Origin: an uncultured Gammaproteobacteria bacterium
GTDB taxonomy: Bacteria > Patescibacteriota > Patescibacteriia > UBA2591 > UBA6264
Length of the DNA stretch: 64,000 nt
Assembly: GCA_964596735.1 (NCBI GenBank)
Contig: CAZQVF010000003.1
Location: 42,611 to 106,610, forward strand
Direction of reading: 5' to 3'
The notes beneath the pieces were generated by a model. It did no database searches. It saw nothing but the letters and a program-made list of their open reading frames with translations, and was not told the DNA's origin. Positions 18,588 through 28,145 of this stretch are shown piece after piece. Position numbers and translations under genes: made by a program. The stretch's first letter is position 1, and each line of letters starts with the position of its first letter.

Positions 18588-19820
18588 CTAATCTTTAATT
18601 AAACGGACTTTTTTAACCATCTGTTTTGTGGCCTTATCAACTATGAGCATGGCTCTTTTTATTTTTATCTTATCTCCTTTTTTAGGAATTTTATCAAGCC
18701 TGTTTTCAACAAATCCAGCAATTGTATTAAAACGTTCTTTAGGCAGATTTAAATGAAGAACACTATTGACTTCGTCAATCAAAGCCCGACCATCAATGCT
18801 GACTGACTTATCACTTATCTTTTTAATATAAACACTGGCTTTTTTCTTTTTATCAAAAATCTCTCCCACAATTTCTTCTAAAATATCTTGAACTGTGGCC
18901 AAGCCAACCACCCGGCCATATTCATTAACAACAATGGCCATGGGCGCATCTTTTCCTTCAAATTCAGTTAAGAGATCGTCTATTTCTTTGGAAATGGGAA
19001 CAAATAAGACAGGCCTAAGAACATTTTTAACTTTAACGTCTAATTTCTGATTCTTGGCATATTTTAAAACATCATCAACGTCTAATATGCCAATAATCTT
19101 ATCCTTGTTTTCATCTTCATAAACTGGATAAACAGAATACGGTGTTTTAACCACCTGCTCAAGCACGTCTTTTAATTTTTTATCACCACTAAACATTTCC
19201 ATATCCATCTTCGGGGTCATGATTTCTGTTACTTTTGTCCCTCTAAATTCTAAAACATTATGCATCATCTTAGCCGATTCTTTGGTTAATATCCCCTGTT
19301 CTTTACCCATCATCACAATGGTTTTCAATTCTTCTTCAGAAAGGTCTGCTTCTTGTTTTGAACCCAACAGCTTTGACATAATCCGGGAAATAAAACTGAA
19401 TATTTTAACAAAGGGTGTTAAAATATAGGCCAAAACCTCAATTAAACGAGCCACGGTCAAAGAAACTCTTTCGGCGTTTTGAGAAGAAAAAGTTTTCGGC
19501 GTTATTTCACCAAAAACCAATATCAAAAACGTCATTACTCCGGTAGCCACGCCCACCCCGCTAGAACCAAACAGATTTGTAAAAACCACTGTGGCCAATG
19601 CCGCGGCCCCAATATTAACAATATTATTACCAATTAAAATAGTAATGATTAATTTATTAGGATGTTGTTTTATTCGATACAAAGCGGCTGACCCTTTTTT
19701 CTTTTGCTTATACAAGGAATTAACCTTAATCATATTTAAAGACATCAAGGCTGTTTCCACGGCTGAAAAAAAGGCGGATAAGAAGATAAGAACGACTAAA
19801 ATTGCAATTTGATTTCCCAT
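18588..19820 (-). CDS. Hemolysin/CNNM (DUF21-CBS-CorC) family protein
   Basis: SAFFSAVETA, GEITPK, CBS pair, DILEEIVGEI. Confidence 0.92.
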   Translation of the reverse strand: MGNQIAILVVLIFLSAFFSAVETALMSLNMIKVNSLYKQKKKGSAALYRIKQHPNKLIITILIGNNIVNIGAAALATVVFTNLFGSSGVGVATGVMTFLILVFGEITPKTFSSQNAERVSLTVARLIEVLAYILTPFVKIFSFISRIMSKLLGSKQEADLSEEELKTIVMMGKEQGILTKESAKMMHNVLEFRGTKVTEIMTPKMDMEMFSGDKKLKDVLEQVVKTPYSVYPVYEDENKDKIIGILDVDDVLKYAKNQKLDVKVKNVLRPVLFVPISKEIDDLLTEFEGKDAPMAIVVNEYGRVVGLATVQDILEEIVGEIFDKKKKASVYIKKISDKSVSIDGRALIDEVNSVLHLNLPKERFNTIAGFVENRLDKIPKKGDKIKIKRAMLIVDKATKQMVKKVRLIKD

Positions 19821-19837
19821 ATTAAATTATTACCCTA

Positions 19838-20032
19838 TTATTTAATAAACTTATTAGTATAAACCTGTTAATCAGCGGTTTCATCAACCTCAACACCTGT
19901 CTCTGTCTCTGGTGTTTGTATTTGTATTCCTCCTGGTTCCCCTAACGACGGTGTTTTCCGTATTAAACAACCACTAAGTATTAATAAAAAACATAAAACC
20001 ATTAATGACATGAAAATTGTTTTTTGTTTCAT
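19838..20032 (-). pseudogene. Truncated lipoprotein remnant
   Basis: MKQKTIF...LILSGC lipobox; TAA at 19868-19870 interrupts ETAD*QVYTNK. Confidence 0.45.
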
Positions 20033-20128
20033 ATATTTATTATATCATTACCCTGTATTTATACAAGCAAAAATAATTTAATTAAAAAATACCTAAACCA
20101 TGTTTAGGTAAAAATAACTAAAACTTAT

Positions 20129-20404
20129 TTATTTCACTATCTTAATCGCTTTTCCTTCCACCAATGCTTTGGTGATTTTTTTATAGGCTGAAGATAAAAT
20201 TCTTTGAAAAGTGCTGCGAGAGGTTTTCATTAGTTTAGCGCCCTCAGACTGATCCAGATCTTTTGCGTTCTTTAGCCTTAAGGCTTCTAGCTCTTCAGCT
20301 GTTAATTCAACCTCATCAAGCATTCTCATGGGCACCCCCTGAGGTTTAAAATAAACTATATTGGGATTAAACCCTATTCTTCGACAAAGTCTTGGTCTAG
20401 GCAT
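20129..20404 (-). CDS. DUF134 family HTH regulator
   Basis: MPRPRLCRRI...YFKPQG...EELEALRL...SRSTFQRIL...ALVEGKAIKI. Confidence 0.9.
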   Translation of the reverse strand: MPRPRLCRRIGFNPNIVYFKPQGVPMRMLDEVELTAEELEALRLKNAKDLDQSEGAKLMKTSRSTFQRILSSAYKKITKALVEGKAIKIVK

Positions 20405-20500
20405 AAAAATTGACTTAATTTTAAATTAATGCTAAAATTCTAACCAAAGAAGGTCCCTCTCTACCTCTTTTTCAAGAGGTAGAGATTCCAAGGCCTTCTT

Positions 20501-20761
20501 TTATTCTTTGGCCTCTAGCTTTTCTAAATATTCTTCTGCTCCCTTTAATTCTTCTTTTAAGTTATCAACATATCCTTTTGTGCCTGATAAATCATCTGAT
20601 TTACTATATGGACGATTACTAAAACCAAACCATCCGCACATACTTCTAAATCCTCTTTTTCCAAACATTCGACCACGGGCCATTCCACCACCGCAGGGAC
20701 CTCTGCCCCAGCCAGTGCCAGTGCCAAAACCCTGAGGCCCAGTTCCATCATATTTTGGCAT
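20501..20761 (-). CDS. DUF5320 family Gly-rich protein
   Basis: MPKYDGTGPQGFGTGTGWGRGPC plus a C-terminal coiled coil. Confidence 0.82.
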   Translation of the reverse strand: MPKYDGTGPQGFGTGTGWGRGPCGGGMARGRMFGKRGFRSMCGWFGFSNRPYSKSDDLSGTKGYVDNLKEELKGAEEYLEKLEAKE

Positions 20762-21000
20762 ATATTTTAAATTAAATTGTTTAATTAACTATGATAGCCC
20801 AACCTTTATATTAACTATCTATTATAAGCATATACCCATAACTATCTTTTGTCAAACTAGTACCTGTGGATAAGTCTATCATTCAAAACTACATTAAATT
20901 TTAATTATAAATAAAAAAACGCGTTGCAATTTTACAACAACGCTAAATCATAAATAGCTTTCCACTATTTAAAGTAATAATTTCCAATAAACTATTTTAT

Positions 21001-21186
21001 TTATTCTCTATACTTCCAGTTCAAAATACAAAGTGCTCCGGCAGCTAAAAACCCAAGAACGCTTACCCATAAACCAAGACTGACATCACCTATTAATACT
21101 GGTAAAGCATAAATCACCCGTAAAAGGTGAAGTAAAGAGACAACCCCAAATACAATAGAGGAAATTGTCATTACTTTTTTTCTCAT
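21001..21186 (-). CDS. Small membrane protein
   Basis: 61 aa, two TM segments, LHLLRVI motif. Confidence 0.65.
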   Translation of the reverse strand: MRKKVMTISSIVFGVVSLLHLLRVIYALPVLIGDVSLGLWVSVLGFLAAGALCILNWKYRE

Positions 21187-21258
21187 AAGCTATATTTAAT
21201 ATTAATTAGTATTAAAATAACAAACCTAATAAAAATACAAGTTATACTACTAATCTTT

Positions 21259-21558
21259 TTATCTTTCCTTTTTTTGTTCCCATTCAGCCGCAGCAGCGTT
21301 TATTTCATCTCGAGAAAATCCTAGATCAAGACATTTTTGTGTCAATTCTAGGACCCTTTCTCTTGCACTTGCCTTTAAAGCTTCTTTTGCTTGTTGTATG
21401 TCTTCTTGTGGAGTATCGGCTGGTATGCGGTCATCTCTTATATTACCTAAGACCTTTTCCTCAAATTGTAATGCCATATCTAGATCGCCAGCTACTAATA
21501 GCTCTTTTAAAACAGCTTGTTTTTGCTCTTCAATTGATTCTGGTTGTTCTATAGTCAT
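21259..21558 (-). CDS. Hypothetical acidic protein
   Basis: 99 aa ORF with protein-like composition. Confidence 0.65.
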   Translation of the reverse strand: MTIEQPESIEEQKQAVLKELLVAGDLDMALQFEEKVLGNIRDDRIPADTPQEDIQQAKEALKASARERVLELTQKCLDLGFSRDEINAAAAEWEQKKER

Positions 21559-21608
21559 AATATTTATTATTAATTATTATATTAAGATATAAGTCATAAA
21601 TTCTGAGT

Positions 21609-22382
21609 TCACAAAGCCATTGCTATCTTCTTGTTAGTAACTTCATAATTTATTATGCTCAAAAAATCAATTCTATCTTTTGGAATAATTTTATAGATCT
21701 TTGATAAATCTTTTTCATCAAAACCTATTAAAGTTAAATAGAAGTTTTTGGCAGATAAATAATTATCTAATTCTTTCAACGATTCTTGAAATAAATCAGA
21801 TCCAGTATTTTTGATAAAATTCTCTTTACTCGTTCCCTTTAAACACCCAGTTAAGATAAAGTGGTGTAAATTAAGAAATTCCCAGGGTTTGTTTTTTAAA
21901 AAACGATTTTCAACCAAGATAACATCTGAAAATAAAACAGTATCTTTTAGTCCTTTCTTATCTAAGGAATCTCTTAATTCTTTCCAGAATTCGCAATGAA
22001 TTGCAGGGGCTCCGCCCATAAAATGAAATACTTTAAGTTTTATGTTGAATTTGGGTTCAACTTTTTTCTTAAATTCAATAAATTTATCAACCAACTCATC
22101 TGCATTCATAGATAAATCTGCTTTCAAATTATCAACATAACAATAAGGACAATTTAAGGGGCAACCCGCCACTTGAACAATAAAGTGATTATCATAATCC
22201 TGCCAGTCACCGCCAAAAATTTCCGCCATTCTATAAGGAGATTTATCACCTCTATCATCATGAGCCTCCTTATCTTTTACTACAGTACAAATCCTAGCAA
22301 TATTATCATGAAAAACAATACCTGATGATTTCTCTACATCAATTTTCTGAGTTTTTCCTATTTTAGCTATTGGAACTTTCAT
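21609..22382 (-). CDS. Radical SAM-like protein
   Basis: GCPLNCPYCYV (CxxxCxxC) and FMGGAP; ATG at 22382 preferred as start. Confidence 0.7.
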   Translation of the reverse strand: MKVPIAKIGKTQKIDVEKSSGIVFHDNIARICTVVKDKEAHDDRGDKSPYRMAEIFGGDWQDYDNHFIVQVAGCPLNCPYCYVDNLKADLSMNADELVDKFIEFKKKVEPKFNIKLKVFHFMGGAPAIHCEFWKELRDSLDKKGLKDTVLFSDVILVENRFLKNKPWEFLNLHHFILTGCLKGTSKENFIKNTGSDLFQESLKELDNYLSAKNFYLTLIGFDEKDLSKIYKIIPKDRIDFLSIINYEVTNKKIAMAL

Positions 22383-22466
22383 TACAAAAAATAGTTTTCC
22401 TTGCTTAAAACAAAACAACGATCTTTTATTGATGTGCCGTTGTGGTGTTTAATAAGACCTGAAGTT

Positions 22467-22724
22467 TTATTCAAACCTAGCTTTACTAAAATGATCAACT
22501 GCGTCTTGACTACTCCGTCTTGCTTCTCTAACTATTCTCTTAAATTCAGCCTCACTAATTCCTAAGTCATTGTAGGTAACAGTCCCTGATTCAATCTGTT
22601 GCTCAATCTTTTCAGCAATTTGATTTGCTTCATCAGTTGACATAATAGTTGACCTGAGTTTTTCAAGTAATGCTGTTGGATCTTCTTCTTGACCCAGGCT
22701 TTCAAAGGAATTTCTTTCTGCCAT
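22467..22724 (-). CDS. Hypothetical protein
   Basis: 85 aa ORF. Confidence 0.6.
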   Translation of the reverse strand: MAERNSFESLGQEEDPTALLEKLRSTIMSTDEANQIAEKIEQQIESGTVTYNDLGISEAEFKRIVREARRSSQDAVDHFSKARFE

Positions 22725-22840
22725 AATATATAATTTAAAACTTAGATTAACACTTAAAGATTATCATTTTTAGATATTCTGTCAAAATTTCTAAGCTCAG
22801 GCAATGGAACAACGTGGGAACCTGGATAGTCAGACAATCC

Positions 22841-23407
22841 TCATGTATTGTTGGTCGCCGACTTAATAACACTGAATATTGAATCATAATCAATGCTTTC
22901 AAAGTCTGTAGTGTCAATGTTAAAAACTTTGCCACCTATATTTAGGGCCAGATCCTCTCCTTTCAATAAAACTTCCTTGAATTCATCATAATTCTGATCA
23001 TCGACGTGGCCTGGATGTCGTTTGCCTGACTCAGAACGCTTTTTAAAACGTTTAAAGAGAATTTCACCGTCGGTTTTACACATTATTTGTAGTGGCTTAA
23101 AGTTATACTTTTTCTTTAAATCAAGGAATCTCTCGTCATCGAACTTTGGCTTAAAATTGCTTTCAATAATAATTGTCTGGCCTGCTTCAAGGAGTGATTC
23201 AATCAGTTGATACAAAATTTTGTAGCTTGTTATCCCGAGCTTTTTTGACCATTCACGATCTTTTATACCAAGCGAATCAAAGAGAGATTCCTTGATATCA
23301 TCTCGGCTGAATAGAGGTAAACGAAATTCTCTAGCAATCCTTTTGCCGAGCATTGTTTTCCCAGTACAAGAAGGGCCTGAAATGAGAATAAGCAAAGTTT
23401 TTGACAT
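22841..23407 (-). CDS. P-loop kinase (AAA_33-like)
   Basis: ISGPSCTGKT, RDDIKE, IIESNF. Confidence 0.85.
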   Translation of the reverse strand: MSKTLLILISGPSCTGKTMLGKRIAREFRLPLFSRDDIKESLFDSLGIKDREWSKKLGITSYKILYQLIESLLEAGQTIIIESNFKPKFDDERFLDLKKKYNFKPLQIMCKTDGEILFKRFKKRSESGKRHPGHVDDQNYDEFKEVLLKGEDLALNIGGKVFNIDTTDFESIDYDSIFSVIKSATNNT

Positions 23408-23930
23408 ATTTTTATTTTAACTAAGGCAACCAACTTCACATAACTCGTTGTTACACAAAATATTTTTGTATAATTGCATACAAATTGCAAAATCTCTAAG
23501 CTCCGTGTCTTGGACCAAATCCGAACTTTTTTTCGGGAAAATCCGCATACGGATTTTTAATTTCACCAAGCATTTCCGCCTGCCACCGCTTCGTTTCGGC
23601 CAGCAAAACAGAAAAATTTTCTAAACATTTTTAATAGCCCTCACGCAAAAATTTTTTAATTAAAGAAACGAAAATTTTTCTGTTTTACCTTTCCTCTAAC
23701 AAGGAAAGGCGGAAATACTTCCCACCGCAGTCCCGCTTTGCGGGACATCAGGCGGGCAAAAATTACTTCCCCCAAACCCCCTTCCTTTTTGCCCGCTTGC
23801 TTAGTATTGAGCCAAAAAATTTTGAAATAAAATGCCGTCGGGGTGGCGGGTGGGAATTAAAACTTTAACCCTTATTATTATCTTATCAAATCAGCTACAT
23901 ATTGAAAAAAGTCCTCTTATAACTACTATT

Positions 23931-24692
23931 TTAAACCTCACTGCCTTCTCCGCTAATTAACTTTCTGTAAACACAGTATTCACATTCTTCTCCAGGAGAA
24001 GGAATTTTGTTTGAATCTAAACAACTTTTAATTTCAAAAATAGTCTGCTCGACCCAAGAGTCATCGCCCTGATGAGAAATAATCGAGAGTTCAAATTCTA
24101 ATCTGCCATCAAATTTTGGTCGATTTCTGCCAGCATTAGCATAAACAAAATATCCTGTGTCACTAACTCTAAATCCATTCTGCCTAAAAATCCATTGATA
24201 AACTTCTATCTGTTTCTTGAATGTCTGTTTATATTCATCTTCTAAAGAAATTACTTTATTGGTACTGGTAGATTTATAATCAACAATTAAAAGTTCTTCT
24301 TTTTTATTTATCCAAATATCATCAATGATCCCACATATTTCAAGGTTTGTCTTTTTGTGTATGGTGGAAGCACCAACGAATTTATATACGTCGTCTCGCC
24401 AAATATGCAGATCGGGGTGACTAAAAGGGATCGCATCAATTTTATATTTTCTCATCAACTCATGAGTTTGATTACCTTCCCTTAATAGATCAAATTCATT
24501 CTTTAATAACTGGTCTACTGCACTATTTAACGACCAGCCGGGCATGCTAGGACGGCCTAATCCAAGTTTTCTGTCTAAATAAAAACATCTCTGACATTCT
24601 AAAAACAAACCAATCTTCGTCCGACTAATTCGAAAAGGTTCTTTGGAATTAGAATTGTATAAATTCTTTTGTCGTTTTCTATACTTATTCAT
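23931..24692 (-). CDS. PD-(D/E)XK nuclease with Fe-S cysteines (Cas4/AddB-like)
   Basis: ISRTKI..FLECQRCFY, GIIDDIW, IVDYKST, QIEVY, CEYC. Confidence 0.82.
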   Translation of the reverse strand: MNKYRKRQKNLYNSNSKEPFRISRTKIGLFLECQRCFYLDRKLGLGRPSMPGWSLNSAVDQLLKNEFDLLREGNQTHELMRKYKIDAIPFSHPDLHIWRDDVYKFVGASTIHKKTNLEICGIIDDIWINKKEELLIVDYKSTSTNKVISLEDEYKQTFKKQIEVYQWIFRQNGFRVSDTGYFVYANAGRNRPKFDGRLEFELSIISHQGDDSWVEQTIFEIKSCLDSNKIPSPGEECEYCVYRKLISGEGSEV

Positions 24693-24713
24693 CTTATTTT
24701 CTCGATTTTTTAA

Positions 24714-25475
24714 TTAAATTTTCGGGGACAGTCCTTTTAATTTAGGTTTGGCTAAACCATTCAAGTTATAAATAGTTTTTTTAATTAAACCAAGGCATTG
24801 CTGAATACTATGGTAAATCTCTTTTCCAGAAAATCTTAAAACACGCCAGCCATAACTGGTTAATTGATTGTTTCGTTTTCTGTCCCTGGCCAAAGCGTCA
24901 GGTAAAATGTGATATTTTTCACCATCACATTCAACATCAATGTTTCCTTTGTTACAAAATATTCCAAAATCTAAACAATAAAATTGATTATTAACTTTAA
25001 CATACACCTGCCTTTCAGTATCTATTTTATGTATTTTCATCATCTGATACATTTTTTCTTCTAATGGACTAGTATCGTATAAATCATTGATTTCTTTTGC
25101 TGTAAATAGTTTTTGTCGGCTGGTCGGAATATGAACAATCATTCTCCACTTTTTGCTCGGAATTGCTTGTGGCAACCTTCTAATCTGTCCTAAATGAAAT
25201 TGATAGTAATTCTCTTGAGCGTTTCTGTGTTCCAACTCTTTTGGAAAAAGCTGGATTCTTTTAATAGTGTCTATATTTGAAACCTTGGCATAATAAACTA
25301 CTTTATACTGATATTCTTCGCCAAAAGCCTTTGGGAAATAAAAAGCTATATACTCTGTCGCCGGAGTATTTTTAGGAGCTGATTTAACCGGGATGTGATA
25401 CCATTTCTTTTTCTGAATTATTGGCCAGAGACTCTTTCTAGGCACAATCCCGACTAAGGCTGGTTGTTTTCGCAT
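24714..25475 (-). CDS. DUF559/Vsr-like endonuclease with N-terminal EVE/PUA-like domain
   Basis: WYHIPV...YIAFY..VYYAKV; LDF...VECDGEKYH...DRKRNNQLTSYGWRVLRFS. Confidence 0.75.
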   Translation of the reverse strand: MRKQPALVGIVPRKSLWPIIQKKKWYHIPVKSAPKNTPATEYIAFYFPKAFGEEYQYKVVYYAKVSNIDTIKRIQLFPKELEHRNAQENYYQFHLGQIRRLPQAIPSKKWRMIVHIPTSRQKLFTAKEINDLYDTSPLEEKMYQMMKIHKIDTERQVYVKVNNQFYCLDFGIFCNKGNIDVECDGEKYHILPDALARDRKRNNQLTSYGWRVLRFSGKEIYHSIQQCLGLIKKTIYNLNGLAKPKLKGLSPKI

Positions 25476-25572
25476 AATTTTATTTATGAATTAAATTTTT
25501 AGGTTTTTGTTGTCAAATTTCCGCCAGAGGCGGATCCACTTTCAGCGGAAGCTTTATTTTAAGAACCGTCCC

Positions 25573-26067
25573 CTATTCTCTAGGAAAATTTTTTATAAAA
25601 GTTTGTATTGTGTTTATTATTTCTGTTTGATTTTTGTCGATCAAATCAATTTTTAAATTCAATATCTTTGCCTCACTAGCAATATTTTCAAATTCTCTAA
25701 ATTGCTGTTCCTGAATTGATATCGGATGTCTTAACTGTATCAGGGCGGTTACAATTACTACCGTTAAAGAAAAAATAATAGCTATAATACCAAAAATTTT
25801 GGCTTGCCTGAGCTGTTGATATTCTAGTAATCTAAACCTACCCTCGATAGATATCGTCCATATCGTTTCTCCTCCTGTTTTTGTAATTTCTGTTTTGCGA
25901 GTATTATAAACAAGCAATTTACCATATATAAGTTCCCCGACCCATAAATCTTTTTCATTTTGATTAAAGTTTAAGTCCTTCATGATCTGTCCCGAGGTAA
26001 ACTCTCTATGCTTTTGCGCATATTTTAGAATTTGGATATGTATATTTTTTCTTATTTTAGTACTCAT
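25573..26067 (-). CDS. Hypothetical protein (wHTH-like N-terminus, 1 TM)
   Basis: 164 aa ORF with one hydrophobic segment. Confidence 0.6.
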   Translation of the reverse strand: MSTKIRKNIHIQILKYAQKHREFTSGQIMKDLNFNQNEKDLWVGELIYGKLLVYNTRKTEITKTGGETIWTISIEGRFRLLEYQQLRQAKIFGIIAIIFSLTVVIVTALIQLRHPISIQEQQFREFENIASEAKILNLKIDLIDKNQTEIINTIQTFIKNFPRE

Positions 26068-26258
26068 ATTTCATATCTTTTTCTCAATTAAATTTTCGGG
26101 TTATTTTTATTCTCTGACCAGGTCGGACCTGTAAGGAAGTTTCATTCTTGGTTTTTGCTATTACCCAGCCATTTATTTCTTAACTCGTAATATTTAGCCC
26201 TCATTTAAAATTTCTTTCAATTTCCAAAAGATACTGCCCCCTTCACGAATAAGATCAT

Positions 26259-26900
26259 CTATAAGCTTCTCTGAATTGCTTTGTTTATATTGTTAGAAAT
26301 TTTAGAAAAATGTTTAGAAATCTTATTATATAATAATTGAATCCTACATGTGTCATCTACCATATCAATAGTATGATAAAAAAGTTTAAATAAAATTATA
26401 AAAGTTGAGAATAAGAAAATAAATGTAATACTATACTCTATAAAAATCCAATTACTCCTGTATGGTAAAAATGAAAATGAAAATATTATTATAGAAAATG
26501 CCGCTAACGTCCAGAATGAACCGATATAAATAGGATCGCGACGAAACTCAGATAAAACTTTCGTAGTACCTCTATCAGCTGCGTGCTGTATGCTAAAAAC
26601 CGCTAACGAAAACGCGATTGTTATTACCCCTACGATTGATGCCGCTACAGTAAAAAATAATTGGCCACCACTATTCGTCGACGCTTTTAATAAATAAAAA
26701 TTGATTTTATCCCAATGTAAAATGATAAAAAAAATACAAATAGAAAAAAATAATATCAATAAAATACTAAAGAAACTTATAATAAGTATCCTGTAAAAAT
26801 AATTTTTCACTAAATATAAGCTTAATTTTTTGATAATTATATCTATTTTTTTATAAAATTTTGAAGTCATGTTAGTTAAAAAATTAATAAATTTTTTCAC
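26259..26900 (-). CDS. Membrane protein, DUF2254-like, possibly truncated
   Basis: Four TM segments, GVITIAFSLAVFSIQ motif. Confidence 0.5.
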   Translation of the reverse strand: MKKFINFLTNMTSKFYKKIDIIIKKLSLYLVKNYFYRILIISFFSILLILFFSICIFFIILHWDKINFYLLKASTNSGGQLFFTVAASIVGVITIAFSLAVFSIQHAADRGTTKVLSEFRRDPIYIGSFWTLAAFSIIIFSFSFLPYRSNWIFIEYSITFIFLFSTFIILFKLFYHTIDMVDDTCRIQLLYNKISKHFSKISNNINKAIQRSL

Positions 26901-27498
26901 TTTGTTCTTGATTAATCAAATTAGAAAGCTGAATGTCAAACAATTCTTCTAGTTCTCGTTTTTCGATAATTCTTTTCCTATTAACATTTGGATTCGTATT
27001 TTCTCTATATAAACACTCATTCTTTCCTAAAAATAGAATCACACCAACCTCTTTTGTGCTGTTGTCATGGCCGCTAAAAAATGTACTTGGCCGACCGGCA
27101 AGGATCCACTTCCCATTAATCTTCCTATAAGTTTTTGAACCTCTAAGAGTATATTCGATAATATCTCTGGGAATATCTGCCATTCTTGTCCTTAAAAGGA
27201 GTATGCTTTTATAATTAGGATAATTGACAAATTTCTTATTAGCATCTTTTAGGTCTCCTTTAAACTGTCTGCCTTTTTGATTAGATTTTACCTCTATTAT
27301 AGAGGGATAACAAGTCTTACTTAGCGAATCCATTTTAAATACTGTATCGTCTTTAATTTCTATAACAATTTTGATATCGTCATTGACGATATCTGCCTTT
27401 TTGCCAACAAATTTATCAATATCACCATCTCTCCAACCAGGGTTTAAGACATTTAATTTTTTTATTAATTTTTCTTTGAATTCTTGTTCTGTAATCAT
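26884..27498 (-). CDS. Hypothetical protein, possible PD-(D/E)XK fold
   Basis: KADIV...IVIEIKD. Confidence 0.5.
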   Translation of the reverse strand: MITEQEFKEKLIKKLNVLNPGWRDGDIDKFVGKKADIVNDDIKIVIEIKDDTVFKMDSLSKTCYPSIIEVKSNQKGRQFKGDLKDANKKFVNYPNYKSILLLRTRMADIPRDIIEYTLRGSKTYRKINGKWILAGRPSTFFSGHDNSTKEVGVILFLGKNECLYRENTNPNVNRKRIIEKRELEELFDIQLSNLINQEQSEKIY

Positions 27499-27500
27499 TT

Positions 27501-28031
27501 TTAATCTAAACTTTTATTCTTTAAATTTAACTTTCCCTTATTTTCCTCTTTTAAAAACACATAAAAATAAGGTTTGCTATTATTATCCAAAATAATTCTT
27601 GCCTTTAGTTCCCCCAATCTGATCATCTTTTTGACCGTCTGATAATGGAAACCAAATTTATCCTTTAATTGCCACATTGCATACCAAATATCACTATCGT
27701 GACAAACTTTAGAGGAAATAATACCTTGATCTAATGCTTTTTGACATAAAAGACATTTGATTCCGTTTTTATCATACCAACTAGTTTTACCCTGAACAGA
27801 ATTTCCACAAATACAACAATTATAAATTTCTGATTCTGGTAAATGAAAACCTTTGGGATGTTGTTTTAATTTCTTTTTTCTAATTTTATCTCTAACGTTA
27901 ATTTTGTGTAAAATTTCAAAAGAATTAACAAGCCTTGTTCCTTGTTCTAAAGCTTCTTCGTCAGAAATTTCCTTACCAAATTCCTTTTTATAAATCCTTT
28001 TATATTCTTCTATAGATTTTTTTGAAAGCAT
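27501..28031 (-). CDS. Hypothetical protein with Cys motifs
   Basis: CCIC...CLLC; co-oriented with neighbours. Confidence 0.6.
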   Translation of the reverse strand: MLSKKSIEEYKRIYKKEFGKEISDEEALEQGTRLVNSFEILHKINVRDKIRKKKLKQHPKGFHLPESEIYNCCICGNSVQGKTSWYDKNGIKCLLCQKALDQGIISSKVCHDSDIWYAMWQLKDKFGFHYQTVKKMIRLGELKARIILDNNSKPYFYVFLKEENKGKLNLKNKSLD

Positions 28032-28145
28032 ATTTCTTGTTTAATTAGATTAATTAAATCTCCTTCTCCCTTCAATCCCTTTAATCTACCTGACAAAATC
28101 CCTAATCTATGGTTTACATCTTCGACTAACTTTTTACAAATAAAA

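Noticed and set aside
23931-24692. CRISPR-Cas locus around the Cas4-like gene
   Set aside because: No cas1/cas2 and no repeat-spacer array seen in the window.
25520-26131. Small palindromes TCCGCC-AGA-GGCGGA (25520) and CAGGTCGGACCTG (26119)
   Set aside because: REP-like but single copies in this window; no function can be supported.
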